A stretch of 63,114 nucleotides of DNA, filler included, from Octopus bimaculoides (taxonomy: Eukaryota), in the NCBI RefSeq assembly GCF_001194135.2. It is 7 parts of 6 records of this genome, joined end to end, with 100 filler letters (N's around TTAATTAATTAA, not from the genome) between each part and the next. Parts side by side here need not be neighbours in the genome. Positions count along the whole stretch, not along the records: positions 59,265 to 63,114 come from NC_068995.1; 6 more parts are not named here. The stretch is one strand, 5' to 3'. This document shows positions 62,983 to 63,114 of the stretch, in pieces. A program made the position numbers and the translations under genes. The stretch's first letter is position 1. Each line of letters begins with the position of its first letter. The notes below the pieces were generated by a model that saw only the letters and a list, made by a program, of their open reading frames with translations, was not told the DNA's origin and did no database searches.

Positions 62983-63054
<72 letters not shown>

Positions 63055-63071
63055 TATCATTATCATTATTA

Positions 63072-63114
<43 letters not shown>
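62325..63114. repeat. (AAT/GAT/GAC)n tract (62325-62547) and terminal (ATT)n tract (from ~62985)
   Basis: Direct reading. Confidence 0.9.

Overview
AT-rich, gap-riddled eukaryotic DNA dominated by microsatellites and transposon debris. The SINE, RTE, CR1 and Helitron content and the one recognisable gene suggest a coleoid cephalopod, probably Octopus (inference, not verified). Six 100-bp gaps (44 N + TTAATTAATTAA + 44 N) split the window into seven blocks whose true adjacency is uncertain. The only host gene I recognise is two phase-compatible + strand exons of a CCDC61 (VFL3)-like coiled-coil gene (29204-29241, 35210-35468). The rest is remnants of RTE, CR1-like and R4/Dong-like non-LTR retrotransposons, Tc1/mariner fossils, piggyBac-, hAT- and foldback-type MITEs, Helitron/HINE elements and at least four tRNA-headed SINE families. 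Almost all ORFs in the supplied track are microsatellite or N artefacts. The best second-look items are: a Penelope-type minimal hammerhead ribozyme motif (48385-48430); a ~33-unit orientation-switching STAT/kappaB-like motif array inside a Helitron (23432-24370); an R4/Dong element bounded by (TATG)n repeats; a CR1 copy with an inversion and a 27-bp breakpoint duplication; a SINE/LINE pair with similar 3' tails; and a strictly 30-bp-period array with a conserved palindromic core. I found no intact novel protein-coding system. Family assignments come from recalled motifs, not database searches.
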